Below are positions 22,924 to 36,005 of a stretch of 64,000 nucleotides of DNA, piece after piece. A program made the translations under genes and the position numbers. Under the pieces are notes generated by a model that made no database searches, was not told the origin of the DNA, and saw only the letters and a list, made by a program, of their open reading frames with translations. The stretch covers positions 558,001 to 622,000 of the forward strand of contig JASVEC010000019.1 of the NCBI GenBank assembly GCA_030770535.1, read 5' to 3'. Every line of letters begins with the position of its first letter. The stretch's first letter is position 1. This DNA is from Batkoa obscura (taxonomy: Eukaryota).

Positions 22924-24883
22924 TAAAATAGTTATTAATTGAGCTTGGTAGATAGTAAAGTTCTACAAATAAAATATAAAAAGCTATTGTTAAAAAGCTT
23001 ATTTTTAAATATTAATTCAACACAAAATAAAATAAAGTTAAATAATGTTCAAAGCAGAATAATCTTATCCAATCACTTCCAAATAAATTTTATTTTAGCG
23101 AAATATCAAGTAGGCTTGAGCTTAAACTTCTCATGATCCTTATATTTTATGTTAGATCAAGAATGTATTACTGCTAGTGAAGATATTCTACACAGAAATC
23201 TATATTAATGCCGCTTTTAAATTATAGGGTAAATATAAATGGTTATTTTGGATTAACCGAATTTCAGAAAAAATTAAATAGATCAAAACAATAGAAAAGA
23301 ATAGAAAAGAATTATATGCAGATTACTAATGTATTATTATTTGTATGAATTTCCGCTAAACTTACCATAGTTTTTATTACAAAATGGTTCTTTAGATACT
23401 GTAAATATTAATCTATTTTGATAAAAGAGCTACACCACTAACTAGTTTATTAACAAATTGAGAATTTTGTCAAGAATTTTTTTTGGAATAGTTTCAATCG
23501 AGCAATGACTATTCTAATCTCTAGTAGAATGAATTTTGATCATTTTAATCAAAGAGATGTCAACTACATGTCTTTCTTAAGTATAGTTTTATTAGTGATA
23601 ATTAAATTTTATAGATAGCTCTATTTGTGTTTAAATCAATTTATACGATCAAAGGATCGAAATGCATATTAAGTTAATATAAAACTAAATTAGTGTAGTA
23701 TAAACCCAAGAGTTATGAAGGAATTATTTAAGTAATTGAAATTCAACTTATTGCATCATTGATTTTACCATGGGCACAGAGATATAGCTTAACGGGTCAT
23801 CTACCTTAAATATTATCAGTATTCTTTAAACTATATATATCAGCAGCATTGTTCATAGATTGAAAATTTTATATTTAGATGTAGCGTGTACGTTTAAATA
23901 TCATACAGCTTTTACTATAAAAATGAAATTATGTGTATCAAATTAGCGACATATGAGGAATACTTGAATATTTTGAAAGGAATCAGTCAAACTTTTTTTC
24001 TAACACTTTTCTTTAAGAAAATCAGTCTATATAGAAGCAATTATTTGATAAAAGGGTATCAGATCTTATTAACAGACATGCATGATCCGCATGAATACAA
24101 CAATGGATTATCTTACTTCTTTTTCAATATAAAATTTAAGTACTAAGATTATATACGCTATTTAAGTCAAGTAAAAATATTCTATTTATTATATTCTTAA
24201 TGGTTGTATAGTAACAAGCTAAGCAAGGCTGAACTAGATAGCGATAAAACAGTTCAAGATATCAAAGATAATAAACCAAAAAAGAATTTACCATTATTTT
24301 AACCCAAATAAACAATTAAAATTTATAAATTTACATACAGTTTTAAAAAAAACCGAATTCGATGCTATTTGAAGCAAGTGTGAAGACGCCATTTATTAAA
24401 TGTAGCACATTTGTCTCTTTAAAGTATATTTCTTTTATATTATATGCTAACAGCTAGTGATTTTATACCAAACAATTCTATAGATTAATTTTTAAATCTA
24501 AATTCAAACTTTGATTCTAAATTAGCTCTAATTTTTCTTAAATAAAGCTTCTACTATATAGGTTTATTTTGATGTGTTATTAATTTAAAATAAGAACAGG
24601 AACATGAGCATAAATAAACTACATAAAGTTAATAAATAAGGATAAAACAAGTACTAAAACTACTATAAAATCAAATATGAATGGATACTTTTTAAATACT
24701 TCATCAAAAATGAATAGTGCTAATGGCTTTAATTAGTATTTATTAGTTTTTTACCAATACAATTTCAATTACTTTCATCTTATTTCTTTTCACGCCATTT
24801 AGTACTATCTCACATACTAGTAAAGAAGCAAACAAATCAATTTCATATAGACTATCGTTTTGTATCTTAGTCGGCGATTTAAT

Positions 24884-24990
24884 ATATGGGAATGTATTTT
24901 TGTATTTAAGAATTTTACTAACAGTTTTTTCACTCAAATAGCGCTTAAAAGATGGAAAAAATAATGAAGCCAAAAAAAACATCCTCATAT
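24884..24990 (-). mobile_element. MITE family copy in 7TM pseudogene
   Basis: ATAT TSD; removing the element plus one ATAT restores the reading frame. Confidence 0.92.
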
Positions 24991-25358
24991 AATATTAGGA
25001 TAACGCTACAATCTACATATGCTATAGTCGCTTCGCCACCAATATGTTATCTATTTCAAATGATTAATTTATTATGTCAAGCTCGATATTATACTCAATC
25101 TCAATAGCAGTAGTGTATTTAATTAACCTAAAGTATAACATATATTCACAAAAACGATGAAATGCTTTGTTTTCATAGTCCCACTTTTGATATTTTCGGG
25201 AATAAGCTTGTTGGTCATTATATTTAATAAAATTAATATTGAAAATGCTTATGAGCCTACTTTAAAAAGATACGGTTTATATTGAGGGATCTTCTGCAAC
25301 CATTAGTATGTACTTTTTATATAATAATGGCACTAATTATATATAATCACAATTTATT

Positions 25359-25464
25359 ATATAGGGGTGCTTTTTTACTTTCATGATTTTTTCCGTTTTT
25401 TAAGTGCAATTTGACAGGAAAAATTATTAATAAAATTATTAAACAAAGAAATGCATCTCTATAC
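25359..25464 (+). mobile_element. MITE family copy in 7TM pseudogene
   Basis: Diverged; ATAT/ATAC flanks; removal restores IYYILKERSALNR. Confidence 0.8.
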
Positions 25465-26220
25465 ACTCAAGGAAAGAAGCGCTTTGAATAGAATAAATAC
25501 AAACTCAAAAAACCAAAGGATTACAATTAACCGTATTACTCTTTATAGGTTAATTAAATATCCATTAATCTTAGATATGGTTTATAACTTGAATGCTTGC
25601 ATAGCTATTATCACACTCTTTGACTTTACAATTAGTTCCAAAACTAATTATATCGTTATTAATATATATACTTTTTACTGATATACAAAGGTTTATAAAC
25701 TCCCATTTATGTTTTACTAACACTATTTTACAAAAAGAGCTAAATGGCCTTTTTGATAGAATACTACATTAAATTAATTGTTAATTCTACTAATAAGCAA
25801 TTTTTTGAAAATTTTAAAGGAGTCAGAGACTTGGAAGTGTTTTATTGTTAGGTAAAAACTAAAAACTGATTAAGTGATTGACTAATGGGCATAGACAAAG
25901 ACTTCCTCATATAAAGTATTTTTATAATGTAGATTCTATTACCGGATGTAAATATTCAACCTTGAAATATCATATATTTGCTTCTAAGTTAAATTCATTA
26001 AAACCTCTACATTGGGATAATCCACTAACTAAATAAAGAAACCTCTATATTTTATTAATTCTAATCCCTATTCTGTTTGATAATAGGAAAAGTCCTTTTT
26101 TAAAACAGCCTCTTATTGTCATTTAGTATTTATCTCTTAAATATTTTTTTTGCCTTAGCTATAAATTTGTATTATTTAAATTAATAAATATTATTAATTT
26201 GGTTTAAATAAAAGGTTAAT

Positions 26221-26327
26221 ATATGGGGATGTTTTTTTTGGCTTCATCACTTTTTTTATCTTTCAAGCACTATTTGAGTAGAAAAATTGTTAGTAAAATC
26301 CTTAAATACAAAAATACATCCCCATAT
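26221..26327 (+). mobile_element. MITE family copy
   Basis: Perfect GGGGATGT/ACATCCCC ends; ATAT flanks. Confidence 0.92.
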
Positions 26328-26917
26328 CCTTTTTAAAAGCTGAGAGGGAGATATTAAGGCTTATACTTCGGATATAACTTAATATGGGCCTTTCTCCTAT
26401 TTTGGTATTTTGTTTGACCCTCTTAGCTTAAACGTCTTTCAGAAATAAACAATGGTATGTTTTACATCTTCGAGATCCATAAAAAAATAAGAGAGCCAGA
26501 AAGTTTCCAATTGCCTGTTATGAACTAAATAAAACTAAAGTTCAAAACAGTAAAAAGTAACGATACAGATAAGAGGGCGATAGGAAGACGATAAAAGATA
26601 GATTAGATGGAATAGAGCTAACCTGCAAACGATTTGTAATGTTTTTCTCTATTATTTTTGTATGAGAACATTATTTGATATTAAAAAATTGCCCAAATGT
26701 TACTTCAATTGTTGATAATCGTCCAATCAATAGGGAGCTATCATTGTCTTTTATAGATACTTACGCCTAAAAGAGCAGTGGTTTTTTTTAACATATATGG
26801 TATAAAAACTAAAAAGTGAGATAAATAATTATACACTGTCTCTAAAAATTGTCCCAAAAACTGAAGCACTCAATTTTGGATGATCATTTATTAATAACTG
26901 GTAATTGAAAATAGAGC

Positions 26918-27024
26918 ATATGGGAGTGTTTTTTTAGTTTCATTACTTCTCTCTATTTTTTAAGCACTATTTGAGTAGAAAAGCTATTAGTAAAATTCTT
27001 GAACAAAAAAACACATCTCTATAT
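26918..27024 (+). mobile_element. MITE family copy
   Basis: Consensus match. Confidence 0.85.
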
Positions 27025-27303
27025 TTTCAAATTAAATAAGGGTTATAAACTTAAATGCCCTAACCTCAGAATTAAATCCAAAGCTTCTAAAGAACACGAG
27101 TTATGGCAAAAGAGTTTTATTATAAAATGTGATTGTCCAATTCCAAAAAGTTGTCATCACAATTAAAAAACTTTTTAATCGTAGATATAATTTTTTTAAT
27201 TGATCTAAAACTTCCTAATAGAAGTAATATTTTTAACATGAAAAAATTATTCTAAAGTTATACACATCATATTAAAAACCATGTTGGTTTTAACAGCCAA
27301 TCT

Positions 27304-28158
27304 TTATTTCCAGCTACCTAAAAATTTATGTATAACATACGAATATTTATGTTTAGGACCTTTGGGCCTCATATCAGTATATGGATTGAAAGAAAAAGGA
27401 GGCAATATCAAAACATCATCAATAAGTACAGGCTCTTCTAAGTTTCTTAAACTCCTCCAATTGCAAAACTTGAGTTTGCATAAGTAGTCTAAAACAAGCT
27501 TTGTCCAAATTGATGGCCCGGTTGTATCATGAACTGATATCTTTTCCAACTCCTCGACTGGTGTAGAAGAATAACTGAATGCAATGCCGTTAATCACATG
27601 CTGTATAATAGGATGATGTGGAGAAGCAGCAAATGTCCATTGCATCAACTGTAATTGAACTGGACTAAACCAAGGTACAATATGGTCTGAGGCATCTAGC
27701 TCAATTCCGATAATTGCTCCAACATTTTCATAATTTTTAGTCCATTCATCGATAGGTTTAATACATTCGGTGTCTATATCTGAATATATGCCTCCTTCAT
27801 CATAAATCAAAAGGTACCTGGATAAATCAAATCTCATTATATCTTTTGGAAGTTTCATATATAACGGGTAAATATCCGGAAATCTTTCTTTTACATACTC
27901 ATCATATTCCTTATTTATATGAAGCTTATATTCATATTCTGGATTCATTTTTTCCCATGATTCTTTGGCTACTACATCTTGTATATTTTTATCTTTCCAT
28001 GTTTGATGGATTATTTTTGGTATTTTTCCATTATTATATTTAAACCCAGATTTATATACTCCAATAAAAGGTTTGTCTAGGTTTGCATATAACAAACTTG
28101 CAGTAATTAAAACAACTAAAATTAAAAAAACAATTTTTTTATAAACAAGCCTAATCAT
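27304..28158 (-). CDS. Glycosyltransferase family 32 (OCH1/HOC1-like alpha-mannosyltransferase)
   Basis: N-terminal type II TM, 'IPKIIHQTWK', 'RYLLIYDEGGIYSDID' (DXD), 'TTGPSIWT', 'HKFLGSWK'. Confidence 0.88.
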   Translation of the reverse strand: MIRLVYKKIVFLILVVLITASLLYANLDKPFIGVYKSGFKYNNGKIPKIIHQTWKDKNIQDVVAKESWEKMNPEYEYKLHINKEYDEYVKERFPDIYPLYMKLPKDIMRFDLSRYLLIYDEGGIYSDIDTECIKPIDEWTKNYENVGAIIGIELDASDHIVPWFSPVQLQLMQWTFAASPHHPIIQHVINGIAFSYSSTPVEELEKISVHDTTGPSIWTKLVLDYLCKLKFCNWRSLRNLEEPVLIDDVLILPPFSFNPYTDMRPKGPKHKYSYVIHKFLGSWK

Positions 28159-28811
28159 TTAAAAAAAGAAATATAATCAATATTAAAAGGTTACTATACT
28201 TTTTATAGTTTAATTGTGCTAATAATATAAAATTGTATATTGATTTGCTTAAATGAGTTCTTGTTTGGTAAATTGAGAATTATATTAATTTTAATTTAAT
28301 AACTATTGCAATAGGTTTTGATGTAGTGATTAAGAAAATCTAACACTATCAAGATATTACATTAAAAATTTTATATACTACTAACTTGGTAGTAGAAAGT
28401 AAAAATCAGTTTCTATGTCTAAGAGTATTATAAACAGTATCTTTTTTATAAAAAGATTTAGCACAATATAAACTTAAAATTTAACTTCTATTTTCAATTT
28501 TAATTCCTATTGAAGATTTTTTACTTATGATTAGTGTTTAGTTTGTAACATTTATTGCCCCTTCGAACACAAAAATTCTTTAATTACATAATAAATATAC
28601 CAATTCTATATGTACCATTGCATTTGCCTAATTTTATACTTAAACTGAGAGATCTTATAAAGAATAGAATTAAATCCTACTTTCTTGGCACTTTATTCAA
28701 AAGAGCAGGCAGATCTGGTTAATGCATTTCTTTTTAAAATTAATTCCTTTTGCTATCGTACCACCCTAACAAACATTAACTCTTAATTATTCTTTTGTTT
28801 TGGAAAACAAA

Positions 28812-28917
28812 ATATGGAGATGTTTTTTTAGCTTCATTACTTTTTCCATCTTTTAAGCACTATTTGAGTAGAAAAATTGTTAGTAAAACTCTTAAATATA
28901 AAAATACATCCACACAT
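28812..28917 (+). mobile_element. MITE family copy
   Basis: Consensus match. Confidence 0.88.
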
Positions 28918-29096
28918 TTAAATCATTTGACCTTTCTATATCGAAACTATTTGTGAACAAAATGGATTTATTTTTAAATCATAAAAATAGAGAGTAATTT
29001 AAAATAATAAAAGAGTGATAAATGGAAGACTCGGACATAACCTTATGTTCATTTAATTTGGGTTGATGATGAAATCATTAAATTATATTAAATATT

Positions 29097-30018
29097 TTAT
29101 TCCTTTTGTTTAGTATTTTTCAAGTGTGCTACCCAATTTTTTTTAAATTCAAGAAAAGAGTCTTGTGTCTTTGTTAGTGTAAAAAAAGAAATCGAAGAAT
29201 CAATTAGGGAACATTGAAGTAGAGGGAAAAGGCAGCCTTTAAAGTGTAAAAGTCTTGTTGTGAAAATGGGACAGGGGCTTTGCAAAATCTGGGCCAGGAG
29301 ATTTCGATCCGGAAGATTTGCAATGAGTGATGAAAGAGAGTTCTTTAAAGATCAAGTTCTTGCATACTGAAAAAACCGTCGAAGGGATGAAGGAGAAAGA
29401 GCGAAAACTTGGTTTTATATTTGCAGCTTCAACAGTGGAGAAAGTGGATCCGACTAATGTAAATATCATATCAGGATTATGTAACAATAATAAGGGTAAG
29501 AAATTTTCAAGAGGATTAATCTTTTCTGTAGTAGAGGCAGACATAGAGGGGGGAAAGGGTCGAAATTTCATGTTAGAGTTCTGATGAAAAACATTGGGTA
29601 ATACAACTGTGTAGAAAAGCTTCATTATCTATATTATAGATTAAACAAGATGAGGTGGGGGGATTTATTTTCCTGAATTGTTTTATTTTTTTGCTTAAAA
29701 CTACTATTCTAGAGCAAACTGCTTAGATAGCGGATTTGATTTTAGAAGGCAGAAGTGAAAATTTGGTAAGTAATTTCAAAAAGTCAGAGATAGATGGGTT
29801 AGAAGAGATGATATAGCAACATAAAGTAGGATTAAGGATAAGTGAGAATTTAGTTGGTTCAAAAAAACTTTGCTATTAACTTGTTTATAAAACGAGTGGT
29901 AAAAACCTTTATAAGCAAAAAGGATTAGATTGTTTGGAAGATTTTTGAGGATGTTGAAAGACCTGGGAACCAATAAAAGGCTATTGGCAGGACGAAAAAA
30001 GCTGTAATTGAGTAACAT
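29097..30018 (-). pseudogene. Degraded coding-like segment, possibly non-LTR retrotransposon ORF1 relic
   Basis: Elevated GC with three broken minus-strand ORFs; 'THCKSSGSKSPGPDFA / PCPIF' resembles a decayed zinc knuckle. Confidence 0.25.
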
Positions 30019-30385
30019 GGCTTTGTGGTGATGTTGTTATATATTAAGGGATAAATTACCTTGGAAAAAAAATGGCTAGTCAATTTAAAGTCAATTAACC
30101 CTATGCTTCCTGATTTTTTTGTAAATTAAACCTAGGTTTTTTAGTTTTATACCTGCTGCTATATTATAACCAGAAGTTTAAAGCAATACTGATTTTTTAT
30201 ATAAAGTTATATAAGACTAAATTAATATAATAAATGAATTTTAAAAAAAGCTGAAATATTAACTAATAAAGCTTTTCTATATAGTAATATACTGGAAGGA
30301 AACTAAAAAACTAAGCATGTTTCAAATTTACTAATAATTTATAATAGTTACAAAATAACTTCAAAACTTAATTATTAAAATATTT

Positions 30386-30492
30386 AAATGAGCATGTATT
30401 TTTGTGTTCAAGAATTTTATTAATAATTTTTCTACTCAGATAGTGCTTAAAAGATGGAAAAAATGATGAAACCAAAAAAAACATCCCTATAT
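30386..30492 (-). mobile_element. MITE family copy
   Basis: Consensus match. Confidence 0.85.
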
Positions 30493-31078
30493 ACTAAACC
30501 TTCTTAGTATAGAGTTGGAGAGTATTGATTACCTTTTGTGTTTTTAATTCTTAAATACAGTGGGTCTACATATAGTCTAAGTAATTAAGCCCATTAATTT
30601 CTAATTTCAAGTAATTTGATTTTTATAATAATTTCAAACAAATCGGTAGTAAACAATCAAAAATAACTTGGTTGTATGTACAAAAGGGTTATATATTATA
30701 AAGCGAATATTCTTTATTTAAAAATGATGTATAAAGTATATTTTAGTAGATGGTTACATAAAATTTACATTGTGATTTTATTATAAATCATGTGTTTGAT
30801 TACATTTAATAATAATAATAACAATAAAATATTTGATAATAATAATGGGGCTTTAGTTTAATTTTAATGCCATTTAATTCATAATTTTATTAATTTTATA
30901 AAACCTTAAATTGTCTATAAAAAGCAAATTTCGCATAAGAATATTGTTTTTGATTTGTGTTTGTCCATCTTTTACGCAATATAAACTTGTAAAATTATTA
31001 AATACTGAACCAAAGTATACACTACAAATTATCTACCTATCTGTTTCAAATAAATAATAGAAATCAAGGGTCAATGAA

Positions 31079-31969
31079 ATGGAATTAAATCCAGCTTTTA
31101 AAATAGTAGTGTTTTGTGTAGCTCTTTTAGCATTTACTTTAAACAGCTTAGTGATTTGGATTACAGTAACAAGAGATAAAAGAAAAAGGGCGATTGACTC
31201 TCAATTGATAGGATTAATTGCTTTTTTTGATGCCTTTGTTTCAGCATTTACAATAATATCTCAACTTATTGAATGGATTTCAACAACACCTTTGACTTTT
31301 GTATATGGTGATTGGTGCTTGATTAGTTCTATGTTATTTGACTCCTCAGTTATTGTTGCTTTAGGTTTAGCATCCCAACTATCAATAGTAAGATATTTAA
31401 CTATTGTAAAAATGAGAGCAGTAAAAAACAGCACGTCAACTGTTGCTTCAATTATAATCATTGCTTTTATATTGGCTATATTTATAACAGCTTCACTTAA
31501 AGGAAATACAAGGTTAATGGCATCGGGGATGTATTGTATACCAATTCATAAACTTCAAGGATCAATTGGGGACACTATTTACAGTATTATAATGTTGTTA
31601 ATGATTTTACCAAACATTATTATTATTCCAACTTGTTATTGTTTGATCAGTCGCCATTATCAGAAGGTAACACTTCGGTTACAATCAGATTTATTTAAAG
31701 TAAATAAGAAATCCTTTTGTCAACAGTACCATCCTATTTTAGGCTTACTCTTAATTTCTATCGCATATATCTTTTCATTATTACTTGGGTCAGAAAACGT
31801 CAAATTTAATAATGAACGTGTTATGGGCTCTTTTTTAGTTATTTTTTTCTTTTTAGTTACTATTATTAATCCATTATTCATTCCAACTTTACACTTAGAG
31901 TCCTCGGACGAGTTTATTCCTTTATTTACAAATGGTAGCCATCCTAACAATTTAAGTATTAGTGCTTAA
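31079..31969 (+). CDS. Rhodopsin-like 7TM receptor
   Basis: TM1 N, TM2 D, 'WC', 'IVRY', ECL2 'SGMYC', TM5 'PTCY', TM7 'INPLF'. Confidence 0.82.
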   Translation: MELNPAFKIVVFCVALLAFTLNSLVIWITVTRDKRKRAIDSQLIGLIAFFDAFVSAFTIISQLIEWISTTPLTFVYGDWCLISSMLFDSSVIVALGLASQLSIVRYLTIVKMRAVKNSTSTVASIIIIAFILAIFITASLKGNTRLMASGMYCIPIHKLQGSIGDTIYSIIMLLMILPNIIIIPTCYCLISRHYQKVTLRLQSDLFKVNKKSFCQQYHPILGLLLISIAYIFSLLLGSENVKFNNERVMGSFLVIFFFLVTIINPLFIPTLHLESSDEFIPLFTNGSHPNNLSISA

Positions 31970-33888
31970 ATAAAAGATCTTTTATAATCATATTTAAGCC
32001 TGTATCTAATAAAAATTCAAATTAATAGTTTAGTTTTAAAGCCAGTATAAAACCAGTGGTGATAATAACTTTATTTATCAATATATATGTATATACATAC
32101 ATGGATGACTAAAATGTGAGTTGGAGCTAGTTAAATAAAAGTAAGAAATACAACCCAATTTAAATAACAATAAGCTAACCTAACCTAAAACACTTTACTC
32201 ATTATGAGTATATTATAAACATCCCACAGCATTAAAAAGAATCTATAAACTATCTTTGATCGCATTTAAATTCAAATTTTAATTTTGATTTTTATAAAAA
32301 TGTTTTTCACTTGTATTTATTTGTTTATATTATAAACAGGTGGGGTAGTTAAATGGATATACCACAAACAAGAGACAATCATTTTTATTCATTTATTCCA
32401 ATTCTAATGTAATAAAAAGGAAACAATTGAAAATAAGCCTAGGTGAGAATATGTTACTAAATTCCTATCTCTCTTGTTATTTTGATTATCAGTGATTTTC
32501 AATTCTATTGTTTAAATTTTGACTAAGTCTGTTGCCTCTTTATGATAAATAAGGATTTACTAAAAGGCTTAAAATGGGTATTTGGTTTTATTATTATTTA
32601 ACCCTTTTTTTATTTCATTTATAAGCAGATCTTTTTAAATAATTTTTTAGGTCCATTATTAGACGCTTTAAGATTTTGTTAAGTACTTTGAACTTAGGTA
32701 CTGTAGTCAGAGTAAATATCGGGATTTGATTGGCTTACTTTGAAAAATGGATTTATGTAAGCTTCAATATTCTAGTTAATGAATATTCAATAGGGTTATT
32801 AAATTATTTCAATGCTATGAAATTAAATACCAAATAAAAAAATTACACTGGAAATTGTCTTGATGTTCGCGCTACTTCAATGATTCGAAAATAAAACCTA
32901 CAACTTTGTTTTTGACTTCTTTTTGCTTTATTATCCGTATTTATACTTTGATTTGTTATCTGTAACTATTTCTATCATAGTATTAAGACTTAGACTATAA
33001 AAGGAGCAGTAGATATGCTGAAGAACAAATTTGGGTATTTAAAGAGACAGTAAATATATTGAAAAGGCCAAAAGCAATGGCTCAAAGTTCATTCAAGGCT
33101 TATTATAAATAAACAAACTGTCAAAGATAATTTTACTCTTTACCTTTTTATAGTAAATATTGAATTTATAGTATTTGTTAACTAAATTACTTATCTTGTC
33201 TTGATGTAAGTCTGAAATCCATTATAAATAAGGTCAGTAAATAAATCTAGAAAGGTATTAAATTACTTTTGTTGTGAGTTGATTAAAAGATAGTCGCAGC
33301 TAAAGTATTGTCAATGAGGAGAGTCTGATCATATAAATTTGGTTTTGATTGTACTTTTTAATCGTTTACTCTCTATTGATTCAAATTAGAGTAAATAGTC
33401 CAAAAAATTCTTCTATTTGTGGTACATCCTTCTAACCATATCGTTTATACATGTTTTTTATTAAGATTTTGAACCCAAAGGCACATGCTTTATTGGTAGT
33501 AAAATATCATTGGTATGTTAACTATTTAAAGTCTAATTCTACCTGTATTTAAATTTTTCAAATAAAACGTGGATTGTATTTTTATAAAAAAAAACAAGAG
33601 ATAAAATTAAAGTTCGAGTGGGTCATAGATAACGCAAGTTATCTATTTAATACAATAGGGCCTTTATAGTAAACCTATGATGAGTCAAGTATTTTAAGCC
33701 AGCTCCAATTATTATTGTGTAAATTAGTTTCATTTAAATAGAGCTTAAATCTTATTTTTCTGTCAAAATAAATCTCTAATTTGCTTTAATAAAATAAAGT
33801 AACATACTATTATGTTAAACAACCTATGAGCCAAGTTTTTTTTGATAGTATAACTGTTAAAATTGTGTTGATAATAAAATTTTGTTTA

Positions 33889-34797
33889 TTAATTAATATT
33901 TAATTCACCTGGATGATTGTTATTAGTAAATAAACCAATAAGCTCGTCTCGAGACTCAGAATGTAAAGTTAATACAAATAGTGGATTAATAATAGTAACT
34001 AAAAAGAAAAAGAGAAAAGAGATAGAATCAATAATTTCCCTATTGGCAATTTTATATTTTGTTGACTCAATTGTAATCATAGTGACCTCAGGTAATAATG
34101 AAAAGATATATGCGATAGAAATTAAGAGTAAGCCTAAAATAGGATGGTACTGTTGACAAAAGGATTTCTTATTTACTTTAAATAAATCTGATTGTAACCG
34201 AAGTGTTACCTTCTGATAATGGCGACTGATCAAACAATAACAAGTTGGAATAATAATAATGTTTGGTAAAATCATTAACAACATTATAATACTGTAAATA
34301 GTGTCCCCAATTGATCCTTGAAGTTTATGAATTGGTATACAATACATCCCCGATGCCATTAACCTTGTATTTCCTTTAAGTGAAGCTGTTATAAATATAG
34401 CCAATATAAAAGCAATGATTATAATTGAAGCAACAGTTGACGTGCTGTTTTTTACTGCTCTCATTTTTACAATAGTTAAATATCTTACTATTGATAGTTG
34501 GGATGCTAAACCTAAAGCAACAATAACTGAGGAGTCAAATAACATAGAACTAATCAAGCACCAATCACCATATACAAAAGTCAAAGGTGTTGTTGAAATC
34601 CATTCAATAAGTTGAGATATTATTGTAAATGCTGAAACAAAGGCATCAAAAAAAGCAATTAATCCTATCAATTGAGAGTCAATCGCCCTTTTTCTTTTAT
34701 CTCTTGTTACTGTAATCCAAATCACTAAGCTGTTTAAAGTAAATGCTAAAAGAGCTACACAAAACACTACTATTTTAAAAGCTGGATTTAATTCCAT
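33889..34797 (-). CDS. Rhodopsin-like 7TM receptor (inverted paralog)
   Basis: Same motifs plus TM6 'LLPE' and 'INPLFVLTLHSESR'. Confidence 0.85.
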   Translation of the reverse strand: MELNPAFKIVVFCVALLAFTLNSLVIWITVTRDKRKRAIDSQLIGLIAFFDAFVSAFTIISQLIEWISTTPLTFVYGDWCLISSMLFDSSVIVALGLASQLSIVRYLTIVKMRAVKNSTSTVASIIIIAFILAIFITASLKGNTRLMASGMYCIPIHKLQGSIGDTIYSIIMLLMILPNIIIIPTCYCLISRHYQKVTLRLQSDLFKVNKKSFCQQYHPILGLLLISIAYIFSLLPEVTMITIESTKYKIANREIIDSISFLFFFLVTIINPLFVLTLHSESRDELIGLFTNNNHPGELNIN

Positions 34798-35799
34798 TTC
34801 ATTGACCCTTGATTTCTATTATTTTATTAAAAAAGATAAAAGATAAGATATGTAAAACCAACTTTCAATAAATAATTTGAGTATTATTGTACCTGATTTG
34901 ATAATAATATATGATTTAAATTAAGTTCAAATTAGAACTAAAATAATAACTTATTACTAGCATTTTATCTTAGTTGCTTTTTCGAATGATTTATATACAT
35001 ATGTCGACACAAAATAACGAGTTACTTTAATACGTTTTAAAATGATAATTTTAATTTATCACAATCCAAAGGATGTGTGTTATGTTGTATTTAACTTTAG
35101 TTTATATAACGTATAATGATCTTAATTTTATTCATATTTGTTCCCTAGTAAGTTCAATTTCCTTTTTAAGAAATTAAAATCATCTTTATATTCAATTATA
35201 ACGTTATTTTAACAAAACTACAACAATAATACGAGATTCAAAGCAGGTAAGAGTAGTTACTAAAATTTTTACTGATAAATTGTCCTGGTTTTATATAGAA
35301 GCACGTAAATTGTATTTTTATTTATATTTCTTGCTTTCGTACAGCTTTAAGTTAACTATAGCTTTTTTAATCAAAAATTTGGAAAATCCTGTGGTGTTCA
35401 TTTTAATAAAAGTAGTAAACGTTTAAAGAAGTATGACATGATTGACCTTTTGAAAATCAAATTACTCTAAAGAAAGTAATAAGCCTATTTTTTGTTCTAC
35501 TCATAGCTGTTTTCACTTACAGTAGCCACAAATTGCTCCAATGGTTATAGGAAGTCACCTTTTAAAATTAATAAAAAATAAAAAATATATAAAATTCACC
35601 TTTCATAACGGTTTGAGTAGGATTTATATTAAAATCGGTGACTAAAAATATATATTTTTTAGACGACTCATCGAAAAGGGTAAATAGTAATTTTATTTAA
35701 AAAGGAAGATAAAGCCTTATAAAAGTAGACAAAAGTAGAGTTTAATCACAGTCAAGGGGGAATCTTAAGGAGCTGGAGCAATAAGTTTTTTTAGGCCCT

Positions 35800-36005
35800 G
35801 GTTGAGAGAACTAGGGGGTATTTTAATTCCCGTTTGATTAGGGTCTTCTATTCAAAGGAGAACGCTAGGATAGCAAAATGGCCCTATATTTTTGAAATCA
35901 AGGTAATAAAAGGTTATATACAGGATCCATATCACCGATTAAAAGTATATTGAGACGATTTGTAGATTTTTATGTGAAGATCATGAAAGTGAGAAATGTA
36001 ATTTT
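35800..36005 (+). mobile_element. Possible retroelement ORF1/gag relic
   Basis: Short coding-like stretch ending, after a frameshift, in 'ICRFLCEDHESEKC', a zinc-knuckle-like motif. Confidence 0.2.

Larger units (their letters stand above)
24677..25772 (+). pseudogene. Pseudogene of cAMP-receptor/Git3-like 7TM receptor, interrupted by two MITEs
   Basis: Manual translation gives SISYRLSFCILVGDLIY|NIR, ILYSISIAVVYLINLKY, TLYRLIKYPL and IQRFINSHLCFTN, all aligning with the 252..1144 gene; frameshifts are present. Confidence 0.8.
31052..34824. repeat. Inverted repeat, arms 31052-31784 and 34092-34824 (733 bp)
   Basis: Paired coordinates sum to 65876; the encoded proteins are identical up to 'AYIFSLL'. 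Confidence 0.9.
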
